A stretch of 64,000 nt of DNA from Clostridia bacterium (GCA_041687355.1 JAWLCD010000001.1:29424-93423); one strand, 5' to 3'. Positions 51,021-61,348 are shown, counted from the first letter of the stretch. Notes: generated by a model not told the origin, from the letters alone. A program made the numbers and translations.

Positions 51021-52343
51021 ATGCAAAAAGTTTTTACATCAGTTGTATTCATATTGTTGGTTCTATGTTTAAATAACCAAACATATGCCCAGGAAGACTT
51101 CCCCAAAACCGATTCTCCATCGGTAATTCTTATAGATTCAAAGACCGGACAGATTTTATATGAAAAAAACAGCAAGGACAAATTATTCCCTGCCAGTATA
51201 ACCAAGGTTATGACTGCCCTTCTTGTACTGGAAAACTGCAGACTGGATGAGGAAGTTGAAGCCAGTAAAAGGGCGGTATTCGAAATTGAGTATGGGAGCA
51301 ATAATATAGGTATACAACCCGGAGAAATACTCACAGTAGAGCAGCTTCTGTATGCTCTTATGCTGAGCTCGGCTAATGAAGCGGCTAATGTTTTAGCCGA
51401 ACATGTTGGGGGATCAATCGAAGGATTTGCAGACATGATGAATACACGGGCTAAAGAGCTGGGTACCATTAATACTCATTTTGTAACTCCCAATGGTCTC
51501 CACAAAAATAACCACTATACCACTGCATTTGACATGTCTCTTATAGCAAAACAGGCAATGACAATCCCAAAATTCCGGGAAATAGTATCTACCACCTTGC
51601 ATAAGATTCCGGACACAAACAAATATACCAAGGGTGATAGATACTGTCTCAACAGTAACAGGCTTATTAGAGAAACTCATTTGCCGGGAACAAAGGGCTA
51701 TTACTACCCTTACGCAATAGGTATAAAAACAGGCTATACTACAAAAGCCAATCACACCCTCATTGCAGGAGCACTAAAAGATGGAATGGAACTGATTGCC
51801 GTATGCATGAATGCTCAGAACCAAAACGGCACAATGCAGACCTACAGCGACTCAACCAGACTCTTCGAGCATGTATTCAATAATTATCATATAGAATGCC
51901 CTGTCAAGGCGGGTCAGGAAATAGAAGAGATACCTGTTGCAAACTCGCCCAAGAACACTACTCTTAAGATTCTAGCAAAGGATGATGTACAATTTATTCT
52001 TTCGAACAATCCATCTGAAACATACACCACAAATAAGGTAATAAACGCTCCCTTGGAAGCACCTATCCATCAGGATAAGGTAGTAGGGTATATGGAGTTC
52101 CTTGTAGATGGAGTGGTAGTGGGGAAAACCAATCTGACTGCCGCGTCAGGAATAGAGGCAATACCCCTGACATCCACAACAATAAAAGAGGCTGCATGGT
52201 TCACGCTTATAGTTTTGCGTAACATTGCTTTAGTTCTTGTGGTATTATTTTCATTGCTGGTTCTTTATGCAAAAACTAAACGCCGCAGAAAAAAACGCAA
52301 ATCAAATCTAACGAAAATTGAAAGACTCTTAAAAGAAGACTAA
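51021..52343 (+). CDS. D-alanyl-D-alanine carboxypeptidase (S11 family, PBP5/DacB-like)
   Basis: Start trimmed to the ATG at 51021, after ggagg. It has a signal peptide, the SxxK (SITK), SxN (SAN) and KTG motifs, and a C-terminal TM anchor plus basic tail. Confidence 0.85.
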   Translation: MQKVFTSVVFILLVLCLNNQTYAQEDFPKTDSPSVILIDSKTGQILYEKNSKDKLFPASITKVMTALLVLENCRLDEEVEASKRAVFEIEYGSNNIGIQPGEILTVEQLLYALMLSSANEAANVLAEHVGGSIEGFADMMNTRAKELGTINTHFVTPNGLHKNNHYTTAFDMSLIAKQAMTIPKFREIVSTTLHKIPDTNKYTKGDRYCLNSNRLIRETHLPGTKGYYYPYAIGIKTGYTTKANHTLIAGALKDGMELIAVCMNAQNQNGTMQTYSDSTRLFEHVFNNYHIECPVKAGQEIEEIPVANSPKNTTLKILAKDDVQFILSNNPSETYTTNKVINAPLEAPIHQDKVVGYMEFLVDGVVVGKTNLTAASGIEAIPLTSTTIKEAAWFTLIVLRNIALVLVVLFSLLVLYAKTKRRRKKRKSNLTKIERLLKED

Positions 52344-52359
52344 AAGCGCTTCCGCGCTC

Positions 52360-52761
52360 TTAGTCATGCATAATTGCTATGGCTTCTATTTCTACCTCGA
52401 CATCTTTGGGAAGGCGGGATACTTCTACACATGAGCGTGCAGGAGGTTGGTCTTTGAAGTACCTCCCATACACCTCATTCACTTCTGAAAACCGGTTCAT
52501 ATCCTTTATAAACACCGTTGTCTTAATTACATTATCAAGACTGCTTCCAGCCTCTTCAAGGAGACCAGCCAGATTATCCAAAACCCTTTCGGTCTGAACC
52601 CTGATATCTCCGGCTACTACCTGCCCTGTTACAGGATCTAGAGGAATCTGACCCGATGTATAAACCATACCCCCAACCCTTACTGCCTGTGAGTAAGGCC
52701 CGATAGCTGCAGGAGCCTTTCCGGTTGAAACAGTTTCCTTATGCACGCCGTGCTGACACAT
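52360..52761 (-). CDS. ridA: RidA/YjgF-family reactive intermediate deaminase
   Basis: Start trimmed to the ATG at 52761, after ggggtgag. It contains [14 protein letters not shown]. The upstream extension in the ORF track is encoded by repeat family 2 and is interrupted by stop codons in the other copy. Confidence 0.9.
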   Translation of the reverse strand: MCQHGVHKETVSTGKAPAAIGPYSQAVRVGGMVYTSGQIPLDPVTGQVVAGDIRVQTERVLDNLAGLLEEAGSSLDNVIKTTVFIKDMNRFSEVNEVYGRYFKDQPPARSCVEVSRLPKDVEVEIEAIAIMHD

Positions 52762-52784
52762 ATTCTCACCCCGTTCTTCATTTA

Positions 52785-53025
52785 TCCGATGACTACCGCC
52801 GCTAAGACTCCCCTCTTCTTCAAGTGGGAGCATCAAAGATGGACACTATCGCTAAGATTTCTCTGAAATCAAGCGACTAGTAGTCTACGGCGGCACTACG
52901 TCCCTGGATAACGGCTTCTAAGATTCAGATGAAGCACACAAGGTGGACAATGATTTCTAAGTTATCAAAGATAACAAGAAATTATTAGCCAAAAAACTCC
53001 ACCTGAATCCAAGAATCCTGTTTAT
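52785..53025. repeat. Intergenic repeat family 2, copy A (expanded form; partner at 57232-57361)
   Basis: It shares three blocks with copy B in the same orientation: tccgatgactaccgNcgctaagactcc...agtgggag, ctacgtccctggataacggcttctaagattcag, and aaaaaactccNcctgaatccaagaatcctgtttat. It also has two extra self-complementary insertions. Confidence 0.85.
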
Positions 53026-53047
53026 CCTGTTCGGGTTCAGCCATCGC

Positions 53048-55525
53048 TTACTGCACTACGATGTTTACCAGCTTCTTGGGTACAATAATAATATTGGCAA
53101 CTGACTTTCCTTCTATCAAGCTGCGGACTTTTGGACTCTCCATAGCAGCTTTTTCAGTCTGTTCCCTGTCCAAGCCGGCAGCAATACTAATCCGGTCTTT
53201 TACCCTTCCATTTATCTGTATTACAATTTCAATCTCTTCTCTCACCAGTACACGTTCATCATACTTCGGCCAGTTCTGATTGTGAACGCTCCCTTTACCC
53301 CCTATTAATTCCCATAATTCTTCGGTAATATGCGGGACAAACGGAGCAAGTATGGTTATCAGGTTTTCCAGCGCCTCTTTGACAGCCAGTGGATTCCTTT
53401 CTTCTGCAGTCACTTTCTCTCTATAGTAATACAAGGAGTTTACCAGTTCCATTACTGCACTTATTGCGGTATTGAAGTTAAACCGTTCTGAGATATAATC
53501 AGTAACCTTTTTAACAGCTGAATGCACGGCGTACCTCAACTCCTTGTCAGCCTGCGGTAGGTTATCGGGAATTTCACCATGGACATTTATTATAAGCGGT
53601 TGAAACTCCTCGACTATTCTCCAAACCCTGTTCAAGAACCTGTAGCAGCCTTCCACCCCTTGATCACTCCATTCAAGGTCCTTTTCGGGAGGCGATGCAA
53701 ACAGTATGAAAAGTCTTGCCGTATCAGCGCCATATTTATCTATAATTTCCTCAGGACTTACAACATTGCCTAAGGATTTGGACATTTTTGCCCCATCCTT
53801 TAAGACCATTCCCTGCGTAAGCAGGTTGGTAAAAGGTTCCTCTACCGGCACGAAGCCCATATCATGCAGTGCCTTTGTAAAAAACCGGGAGTATAAAAGA
53901 TGAAGTATTGCATGTTCAACTCCCCCGATATATTGGTCTACAGGCATCCAGTAACCTACATTTTCACTACTGAAGGGTTCATCCGGGTTTGTCGGGTCAC
54001 AGTACCTGAGGTAATACCACGACGAGCATACGAATGTATCCATCGTGTCGGTCTCTCTTGTGGCCTTCCCTCCGCACGTAGGACACTCTGTGTGGATAAA
54101 CTCCTCACTTGCAGCCAGAGGTGACTGGCCTCTCCCGGTAAATTTAACATCTGTGGGCAGCACTACAGGAAGCTGGTCTTGAGGTACCGGAACAATGCCG
54201 CATTTCTGACAGTAAACAATAGGTATAGGGGCTCCCCAGTACCTCTGCCTCGATATCAGCCAGTCCCGAAGCTTGAAGTTAACCTTTCTCTTCCCGAGCT
54301 TGTTCTCTTCAATATAATCTACTATCTTACTTATCATTTCACTACTGCTAATACCGTTAAACGGCGGGGAATTTACCATTACCCCTTCCCCATCATATGC
54401 CTCAGTCATGGAATCTCCATCCATCTGGCTTCCTTCAGGCTGTATTACAACTCTGACAGGGAGATTATACTTGCGGGCAAATTCAAAATCCCTTTGGTCA
54501 TGTGCAGGCACACCCATAACTATTCCGGTACCATATTCGAGTAGGACATAGTTTGCAATAAACAGCGGTATCTTCTCTCCATTGAGGGGGTTTACTGCAT
54601 ATCTACCTGTAAATACACCTTCCTTCTCGGTTTCATTGGAAGTCCTGGTTATTTCATTCACGTGTTTTATCCTGTTTATCAGGTCTCTGCATGCTTCCTC
54701 ATATGGTGTACCGCCAATCAGTTCTTCAACCATAGGATGCTCAGGTGCAATAACCATATAGGTTACCCCAAAGATTGTATCAGGCCTGGTTGTATAGACT
54801 ACCATGCATTTTCCTGAGCCCTCAATCTTAAACTCTATTTCTGCTCCTTCACTTCTGCCTATCCAGTTCTCCTGCATAATCTTGACCTTTTCCGGCCAGC
54901 CTTTAAGTTTATCGATGTCATCAAGCAGTCTCTGTGCATACTCGGTTATTCTGAAGAACCACTGTTCCAAATCTTTCTTCCCCACCTCGGATTTACACCT
55001 TTCACACTTTCCATTTACCACCTGCTCATTGGCCAGTACTGTTTCACATGATGGGCACCAGTTGACATTAGACTTCTTCTTATAGGCAAGCCCCTGGTTA
55101 TATAACTGGAGGAACATCCACTGTGTCCACTTGTAATAATCCGGCTTGCACGTAGCAACCTCCCTGTCCCAGTCATAGCTCAGTCCGAGACTCTTCAGCT
55201 GATTCCTCATATTATCGATGCACGAACAGGTCCATTTATCAGGATGAATTCCGTTTTTAATGGCGGCATTTTCGGCTGGAAGCCCGAATGCATCCCACCC
55301 CATGGGATTGAGAACACTATGTCCCTGCATCCTCTTGAATCTTGCCACAACATCTCCGATAGAATAGTTTCTTACGTGTCCCATATGAAGATTCCCCGAC
55401 GGGTAGGGAAACATAACAAGAGAATAGTATTTCTTCTTACTCTCGTCACGTTCAACCCTGAAAGCTTTTTCATCTTCCCATGATTCCTGGCGCTTTTTCT
55501 CTATAGCTTTGAAATTATATGCCAT
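53048..55525 (-). CDS. leuS: Leucine--tRNA ligase
   Basis: Start trimmed to the ATG at 55525 ([11 protein letters not shown]), after gggaggg. It has the HMGH and KMSKS motifs. The start lies 1 nt after the rsfS stop. Confidence 0.97.
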   Translation of the reverse strand: MAYNFKAIEKKRQESWEDEKAFRVERDESKKKYYSLVMFPYPSGNLHMGHVRNYSIGDVVARFKRMQGHSVLNPMGWDAFGLPAENAAIKNGIHPDKWTCSCIDNMRNQLKSLGLSYDWDREVATCKPDYYKWTQWMFLQLYNQGLAYKKKSNVNWCPSCETVLANEQVVNGKCERCKSEVGKKDLEQWFFRITEYAQRLLDDIDKLKGWPEKVKIMQENWIGRSEGAEIEFKIEGSGKCMVVYTTRPDTIFGVTYMVIAPEHPMVEELIGGTPYEEACRDLINRIKHVNEITRTSNETEKEGVFTGRYAVNPLNGEKIPLFIANYVLLEYGTGIVMGVPAHDQRDFEFARKYNLPVRVVIQPEGSQMDGDSMTEAYDGEGVMVNSPPFNGISSSEMISKIVDYIEENKLGKRKVNFKLRDWLISRQRYWGAPIPIVYCQKCGIVPVPQDQLPVVLPTDVKFTGRGQSPLAASEEFIHTECPTCGGKATRETDTMDTFVCSSWYYLRYCDPTNPDEPFSSENVGYWMPVDQYIGGVEHAILHLLYSRFFTKALHDMGFVPVEEPFTNLLTQGMVLKDGAKMSKSLGNVVSPEEIIDKYGADTARLFILFASPPEKDLEWSDQGVEGCYRFLNRVWRIVEEFQPLIINVHGEIPDNLPQADKELRYAVHSAVKKVTDYISERFNFNTAISAVMELVNSLYYYREKVTAEERNPLAVKEALENLITILAPFVPHITEELWELIGGKGSVHNQNWPKYDERVLVREEIEIVIQINGRVKDRISIAAGLDREQTEKAAMESPKVRSLIEGKSVANIIIVPKKLVNIVVQ

Positions 55526-55526
55526 C

Positions 55527-55889
55527 TTATGCCCTCCCATTTTCATCCTGCAGAACTTCTTCTGCGTCTGCCCATATTCTTTCCAGATTATAAAACAGCC
55601 TGTCATCCCTGTGGAATATATGCACAATAATGTTGTTGTAATCCATCAGAATCCACCTTGCACTGCTGTAGCCTTCAGCATGATGCAGCTTTACATCTCT
55701 CTCCTTCAGCCTTTGCTCAACTTCATCGGCAAGGGCCTTTATATGAGTTGTAGATGTACCGCTGCATATGACAAAATAATCAGCTATCAGGGTAATATCC
55801 TTTACGTTCAGTACCTTTATATCTTTAGCCTTTTTATCTTCGAGAACTTCCACAACAAAATCCAAAACCCTAGTCTCAACCTTATTCAA
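55527..55889 (-). CDS. rsfS: Ribosome silencing factor RsfS (Iojap-like)
   Basis: 120 aa containing [20 protein letters not shown]. Confidence 0.9.
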   Translation of the reverse strand: MNKVETRVLDFVVEVLEDKKAKDIKVLNVKDITLIADYFVICSGTSTTHIKALADEVEQRLKERDVKLHHAEGYSSARWILMDYNNIIVHIFHRDDRLFYNLERIWADAEEVLQDENGRA

Positions 55890-55905
55890 ACACTAACCTC
55901 CATTC

Positions 55906-56496
55906 TTAAAATAGCTTGGTATAATCCAGCCCGGGATTCTTCTGAATCATACTATTCCGTGCACTTATGGTATCAGGGTGGATTAAACCTCCTTTAGAAA
56001 TTACATGCCTTATACTCAAGTCCATTCCCATTATAACTGCTGCATCAAGATTAACTGAAGAAACCTTTCTCAAGCTTTCAACCTCGGGAAAGGCCCTGTC
56101 TTCAGAGATATAGTCGGCAACATAAAGAAGTCTTGACAAAAGCCCCATTCCTTCACAGCCGGTAGTGTGGCATCTTATTGCATTTAGTATCTCGCTGTCA
56201 ATGATGCCAAACTCTATTCTCGCCAGTTCGGCTCCAACCGGGGCATGCAGTATGGCCGGCTCCCTTTCCTGAATACTGTCTACTAATATACCAAATTCCC
56301 CTGCAAGTTTCAATAACTCTTCATTATCTAAGCTCTTTGCGCAGTCATGGACCAGCCCCGCAGCAGCTGCTTTCTCCGGACTGCCTCCGTACACTTGTGA
56401 AAGCCTGACTATGGCATCCTTCACTGCAAGTGAGTGTACAAGTTTTTCAGGTGTTACCATGCATTTTAATTTTTCAGTCATCTGTTCGATAGTCAT
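55906..56496 (-). CDS. yqeK: HD-domain protein YqeK (bis(5'-nucleosyl)-tetraphosphatase-like)
   Basis: 196 aa with HD motifs (HSLAV, HDCAK). It lies in the nadD-yqeK-rsfS order. Confidence 0.85.
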   Translation of the reverse strand: MTIEQMTEKLKCMVTPEKLVHSLAVKDAIVRLSQVYGGSPEKAAAAGLVHDCAKSLDNEELLKLAGEFGILVDSIQEREPAILHAPVGAELARIEFGIIDSEILNAIRCHTTGCEGMGLLSRLLYVADYISEDRAFPEVESLRKVSSVNLDAAVIMGMDLSIRHVISKGGLIHPDTISARNSMIQKNPGLDYTKLF

Positions 56497-56517
56497 CCAA
56501 TCATCTCCTACCTTTAA

Positions 56518-57135
56518 TCAGGTATACAGGTTGTTCTCATAAATATACTGCTCCACACATTCAGGAACCATATATTTTATGCTCCTTCTGTTTTTTACTC
56601 TATCCCTTATTTCGGTTGACGTAATGGGTATCATAGGTATTTCGACTACATCTATACTACAGCCAGCATTCCTCAGCATGTCCACCTTGTCCTTCAGGCC
56701 GCTTTCCCACCCTCCCGGACGCGTCACAACCAGAAAGTCCACTTTCTTAATCAATTCCTGAGCATCCTTCCACTTCATAATCTCCCCTGCATTATCGGCT
56801 CCCACCACAAAATATGCCTTACATCCTGCAGGAAGAATACCACTTAGCTGTCTTACAGTATCAATAGTATACGAATATCCTTTCCTCTTAATCTCGATAT
56901 CTGATATTTTAAAAGACGGATTGGTCCTGACTGCACAATCAACCATATTATATCTGTGAATGGAGGATGCCATACCCTCATAGCTTTTATGGGGAGGACT
57001 TCCTGCAGGGATGAAAAAAATACAATCCAGGTTCATTCTCTCTTTAACGCTTTCTGCAGCAATCAGGTGCCCGTAATGTACCGGGTCAAAGGTTCCTCCC
57101 ATTATGGCAGCTCTTGAGAAATTATAAATATCCAT
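56518..57135 (-). CDS. nadD: Nicotinate-nucleotide adenylyltransferase
   Basis: Has the GGTFDPVHYGH motif. The start is tentatively the ATG at 57135; the SD is distant, and the ORF-track TTG at 57159 is possible. Confidence 0.88.
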   Translation of the reverse strand: MDIYNFSRAAIMGGTFDPVHYGHLIAAESVKERMNLDCIFFIPAGSPPHKSYEGMASSIHRYNMVDCAVRTNPSFKISDIEIKRKGYSYTIDTVRQLSGILPAGCKAYFVVGADNAGEIMKWKDAQELIKKVDFLVVTRPGGWESGLKDKVDMLRNAGCSIDVVEIPMIPITSTEIRDRVKNRRSIKYMVPECVEQYIYENNLYT

Positions 57136-57231
57136 AGTATATTTAGGCCTTCTCCTCAATAATTACTTCTAAAAAAGTATAACACTACCGTACTCAATTT
57201 TCAATTTCCTGAAACTTGTACTTCAGGGTTT

Positions 57232-57361
57232 GTCCGATGACTACCGACGCTAAGACTCCTCTCCTCTTCTAGTGGGAGACAAGCGGCGCTACGTCCCTGG
57301 ATAACGGCTTCTAAGATTCAGTTGGACAAAAAACTCCTCCTGAATCCAAGAATCCTGTTTA
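57232..57361. repeat. Intergenic repeat family 2, copy B (compact ~130-nt form)
   Basis: See copy A. It lies in the divergent spacer between nadD and the glycosyltransferase gene. Confidence 0.85.
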
Positions 57362-57422
57362 TTATTTACAGGTATAGGTGATTGCTATATAATTTACCTA
57401 CACTGGTAGTGGAGGTAAATCA

Positions 57423-58541
57423 ATGGACATATTGTTTCTGTCTATCTCAGCAGGCGGCGGGCACATGAAGGCTGCCGAGGCGCTAAAATCCCATATAGAA
57501 GAGAAGTACCCCGGTTCTCGTACAATGATAGTGGACTCACTGAGGTATATAAATCCTATAGTAGATAAACTGATTATTGGAAGTTACATCAATACACTTA
57601 AAAATACTCCGAAAATATATGGTAAGCTCTATGAGATAGCCGAGTCGGATGAGAACCTATCCGATGTCAGTACAACTGTAAACAGAATCATATCCTATAA
57701 AATCCGCAGGCTTGTTCGAGAGTTTGTTCCTGATCTGGTTGTCTGCACTCACCCGTTTCCTCTTCAAATGGCAACCAATCTGAAGAGGCAGTCACTGGTA
57801 AGGAGCAAAATTGTAACTATTCTTACTGATTATACTGCTCATCCTTTCTGGCTTCGCAGCGAGGTAGATGCTTACATAGTAGCTCACCCCGGTATGAAGT
57901 TTGAAATGATAAAAAGAGGAATAACCGAAGATATTATTCATCCCGTAGGTATACCTATATCCAAAGGCTTTTTAAAAGACTATAATAAAAGTGATATAAG
58001 AAAAGAGCTTGAGCTTGAGGATATTACAACAGTTCTCATTATGGGTGGAAGTTTGGGCTTTGGTGAAATAAAGGAAACCTTTCAGGCTCTTCTTAACAGT
58101 CGCAAAGAGCTTCAACTCATTGTTGTGGCAGGTAAAAACCAAAAAATTATAAAGCAGTCAAAAAAATATTTGCCAAACACACAAAAACCTGTGAAGCTTT
58201 TTAGTTATACGGATAAGATTCCTGAACTGATGTCTGCTTCAGATTTGATTATAACCAAGCCTGGGGGACTCACAGTATCTGAGGCTCTGGTAAAAAACCT
58301 TCCTATGATACTGATATCACCCATACCGGGACAGGAAGAAAAGAATGCGAGATTCCTCCAAAATAGTGGGGTGGCAGCAAGGATATATCCCAAACAGAAT
58401 GTAGAGGAAGTATTATTTCAGGTATTGGATAGCCCTCTCAGAATACGCCAAATGAAAGAAATGGCGCAGCACCTTGCCCGCCCCGATGCAGCTGAAGATA
58501 TAGGGAAAATATTTCAGGACCTGATACGGAATCGTGCCTGA
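57423..58541 (+). CDS. MGDG-synthase-family (GT28) diacylglycerol glycosyltransferase
   Basis: 372 aa starting MDILFLSISAGGGHMKAAEAL, with a GT-B C-terminal half (KPGGLTVSEAL). Confidence 0.8.
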   Translation: MDILFLSISAGGGHMKAAEALKSHIEEKYPGSRTMIVDSLRYINPIVDKLIIGSYINTLKNTPKIYGKLYEIAESDENLSDVSTTVNRIISYKIRRLVREFVPDLVVCTHPFPLQMATNLKRQSLVRSKIVTILTDYTAHPFWLRSEVDAYIVAHPGMKFEMIKRGITEDIIHPVGIPISKGFLKDYNKSDIRKELELEDITTVLIMGGSLGFGEIKETFQALLNSRKELQLIVVAGKNQKIIKQSKKYLPNTQKPVKLFSYTDKIPELMSASDLIITKPGGLTVSEALVKNLPMILISPIPGQEEKNARFLQNSGVAARIYPKQNVEEVLFQVLDSPLRIRQMKEMAQHLARPDAAEDIGKIFQDLIRNRA

Positions 58542-58558
58542 TATCAAGCAAGCCAGGT

Positions 58559-59158
58559 TTATATTTCCCTTCTCCCTTCCAGAGCCTTAAGAAGAGTAAC
58601 CTCATCAGTATATTCGAGGTTGCCACCTATTGGCACGCCGTGTGCAATTCTTGTTGCTTTAATTCCCAATGGCTTTAATAGCTTCGATATATACATGGCT
58701 GTAGCTTCACCCTCAACATTTGGGTTTGTAGCCAGTATTACCTCCTGAACACCTTCATCCTTGGTTCTATCCAGAAGCTCTTTAATCTTTATGTCATTGG
58801 GTCCAATACCATCCATAGGGGAAATAACTCCATGCAGCACATGGTAAAGGCCCTTATATTCCCTTGTTCGCTCCATAGCCGCTACATCCTTCGGGTCTTC
58901 CACAACGCAAATAACACTTGCATCCCTTCTTGTATTACTACAAACCGGACATAGTTCGGTATCACTTATATTATAACAATTGGCACATTGTCTTACCTTC
59001 AGGCGGGCATCTATCAATGCATTTGCAAAGTTTTCCACACTATCCTGCGGAGAATTCAATATATGGAAAGCCAGTCTTTGTGCCGTCTTGTGTCCTACTC
59101 CCGGCAGTTTCTCAAATTCTTCTATAAGCTTTGCTATAGGTGCAGCATAGAAATCCAT
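58559..59158 (-). CDS. recR: Recombination protein RecR
   Basis: 199 aa with HhH ([14 protein letters not shown]), the C4 zinc finger [16 protein letters not shown] and a Toprim domain. Confidence 0.97.
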   Translation of the reverse strand: MDFYAAPIAKLIEEFEKLPGVGHKTAQRLAFHILNSPQDSVENFANALIDARLKVRQCANCYNISDTELCPVCSNTRRDASVICVVEDPKDVAAMERTREYKGLYHVLHGVISPMDGIGPNDIKIKELLDRTKDEGVQEVILATNPNVEGEATAMYISKLLKPLGIKATRIAHGVPIGGNLEYTDEVTLLKALEGRREI

Positions 59159-59245
59159 AGCCTTCTACTCTCTTTCATCTCATTATACATAAGAAAATAT
59201 GCAGGATTATTGTAAGTAACAAATAGCCTGCACATTCATTATCTC

Positions 59246-59581
59246 CTAGAACAGCCCCGGCATACCTCCCGTAACCTTCTTCATCTCGGAAGCTACCATT
59301 TCATCAGCCTTTCTAAGTCCTTCATTTACAGCTGCAAGTACAAGGTCCTGAAGCATTTCAACATCTTCGGGGTCGACCACCTCGGGCTTAATCTTTATTT
59401 CTTTGACATCTTTCTTGCCACTGACTATAACAGATACAGCTCCACCCCCGGCACTCGCTTCTACCTCTTTTTCTTCAAGCTCTGACTGTACCTTTTGGAT
59501 CTCCTTCTGCATCTTTTCAGCCTGTTTCATAAGATTACCAATGTTTCCTCCAAAACCCGGAAAACCCTTACCCATAACCAC
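59246..59581 (-). CDS. ybaB: Nucleoid-associated protein YbaB/EbfC
   Basis: 111 aa containing [22 protein letters not shown]. The GTG start lies 5 nt after aggagg. Confidence 0.9.
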   Translation of the reverse strand: MVMGKGFPGFGGNIGNLMKQAEKMQKEIQKVQSELEEKEVEASAGGGAVSVIVSGKKDVKEIKIKPEVVDPEDVEMLQDLVLAAVNEGLRKADEMVASEMKKVTGGMPGLF

Positions 59582-59639
59582 TCTCTCCTCCTATAACTTT
59601 ATTTTTTAACTATATCCGGCAGCAGCCGGAACCAAAACC

Positions 59640-61268
59640 TTATTCGTCAATAATGTTTATTGGAATATCAAGCTTCTCTGCAATCCTTGTAACCTTCTCG
59701 GACTTTTCATCTACACTTGGGCTGGTAGATAACCTGTTAACTTCTCCTTCGGATATGCACTTTATATTCATATCTTCTCCGGTTACCTTTTTGACTGCAT
59801 TTTTCAATATTGCAAGGTTTTCATTTTTGAAAACCACTGTTTTCCCAAAATCCCCGGCAGTTTCCCCAAAAATCAAGCCTATGGTACCTTTATCCAACCT
59901 TACAGCCCTGCTGCCAATCAGGTTTGCATATAGAACCACTTTCCCGCTTTTCTTCAATCCGGATACGACTTCGCCCCATTCCGGCAGGTCTCCCTCAGTA
60001 TTCATAACCCTTTTCCCAGGTACTGCTTCCTGCTCATCAGTTGTTTTGACTGGTCGCTTTTTGGTTGTATCTTCTTTAACTACAGCTTTTCTATTAATTT
60101 CAGCTTTAGGTTCAACCGGCCCCTTGGCCAGAAGCTGCTCAATGCGGGAAATTCTGTCCTCAACCGCTGCAAACTCCATGCGGACAGAACGTTTACACAG
60201 CTTAACCATCTCAACCTCTACCGCCACCCTTGGCTGGGACGCCCACTTCATATTAGACACCAGCTCGGACAGCGACATTATTATCCCAATCAGTTCAGCT
60301 TGCTCAAACTTGGCTGACAAAAGCTTCAGGGTCTTCACTTCAACCGTGGCAAGATAAAAATCACCGTCGGACGTGGTTGATCTATAGACCAGTATATCCC
60401 TGAAAAGCCTGATAAGGTTGGAGACCGATTGCCCTAAATCTTTTCCGTCCTTACAAAGCCGGTCTGTCAACTCCACGCATTTAAGAATATTATGGTCGGA
60501 GATGGCCTCAGCCAGTTCAATCATAGTTTCTTCACCAGGTATACCCACAGTATCTATAACTGTCTGTTTTGTTATTGTGCCGTTGGCGCTTCCAATACAC
60601 TGATCAAGTATGCTTATTGCATCCCTCAGAGCGCCATCTGCCATTCTGGCTATGAGTTCCAGTGCTTCCTGCTGCACCTCAACTTCCGTACTCGCGGCAA
60701 TGGTCTTCAGCCTTTCTACAATATGTTTTTCACCCACCTGTCTGAACTCAAACCTCTGGCACCTCGAGAGAATTGTAGCCGGAAGCTTATGTGGTTCAGT
60801 TGTGGCAAGTATGAAAATAACATGCTTCGGGGGTTCTTCTAGTATTTTAAGCAGTGCATTAAATGCCCCTGTAGAGAGCATATGCACTTCATCAATAATA
60901 TAAACCCTGAATCTTGCGGCAGAAGGCGCATAGAAAACCTCATCCCTCATGGTCCTGATATCATCGACACTATTATTTGAAGCCGCATCAATTTCTATAA
61001 CATCCATTATATTTCCAGCCAGAATCCCCCTGCATACCTCACATTGGTTGCACGGGTTACCCTGATTGGTCTGAAGGCAGTTTACCGCTCTCGCCAGTAT
61101 CTTGGCTGTGGATGTTTTACCCGTACCCCTTCCTCCGGAAAACAGGTACGCATGAGCAATTCTCCGATTGGAAACCTGGTTCCTGAGAATGGTTATTATA
61201 TTCTCCTGCCCCACAACATGGTCAAATACCGCAGGTCTCCATTTTCTATACAGCGCAATGTAGGACAT
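59640..61268 (-). CDS. dnaX: DNA polymerase III subunit gamma/tau
   Basis: Start trimmed to the ATG at 61268 (MSYIALYRKWRP), after gaagggtgaag. It has the Walker A motif GGRGTGKTS and a Zn module CNQCEVC. Confidence 0.95.
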   Translation of the reverse strand: MSYIALYRKWRPAVFDHVVGQENIITILRNQVSNRRIAHAYLFSGGRGTGKTSTAKILARAVNCLQTNQGNPCNQCEVCRGILAGNIMDVIEIDAASNNSVDDIRTMRDEVFYAPSAARFRVYIIDEVHMLSTGAFNALLKILEEPPKHVIFILATTEPHKLPATILSRCQRFEFRQVGEKHIVERLKTIAASTEVEVQQEALELIARMADGALRDAISILDQCIGSANGTITKQTVIDTVGIPGEETMIELAEAISDHNILKCVELTDRLCKDGKDLGQSVSNLIRLFRDILVYRSTTSDGDFYLATVEVKTLKLLSAKFEQAELIGIIMSLSELVSNMKWASQPRVAVEVEMVKLCKRSVRMEFAAVEDRISRIEQLLAKGPVEPKAEINRKAVVKEDTTKKRPVKTTDEQEAVPGKRVMNTEGDLPEWGEVVSGLKKSGKVVLYANLIGSRAVRLDKGTIGLIFGETAGDFGKTVVFKNENLAILKNAVKKVTGEDMNIKCISEGEVNRLSTSPSVDEKSEKVTRIAEKLDIPINIIDE

Positions 61269-61297
61269 ATCTTCACCCTTCACAATGAAATTGAAAT

Positions 61298-61348
61298 GGT
61301 ATGATATAATTACACGCCAGATTAACTACCGTGTAATTATACCATACC
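61298..61348. other. 19-bp inverted repeat (one mismatch) between the HD-GYP sensor gene and dnaX
   Basis: The arms are ggtatgatataattacacg (61298-61316) and cgtgtaattataccatacc (61330-61348), with a 13-nt loop. On the minus strand the right arm reads TGGTATAAT, an extended -10. Confidence 0.75.

Noticed and set aside
50951-51469. 172-aa minus-strand ORF and many similar long antisense ORFs (for example 32240-33001, 59653-60357, 28730-29215 and 11496-11879)
   Set aside because: They lie opposite clearly conserved genes (dac, ftsH, dnaX, rpoB, alaS). They have Ser/Pro/Leu-rich mirror-frame composition and no SD.
57232-57361. Resemblance of repeat family 2 to a T-box (cagGGACGTAGCGCC versus AGGGTGGTACCGCG) or to the GEMM-I c-di-GMP riboswitch (GGGACGCAAAGCC)
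   Set aside because: Only a partial word match exists. The element has no UGGN bulge context, no stem I specifier architecture and no GGCAAAC/GNRA-receptor half. The genuine alaS T-box in this same window is fully canonical, so a degenerate one is unlikely.
60055-60064. Candidate dnaX programmed -1 frameshift site (C AAA AAG)
   Set aside because: It is not a canonical X XXY YYZ heptamer because the first base is C. I noted no downstream stem-loop, and gamma/tau frameshifting is not a general Firmicute feature.
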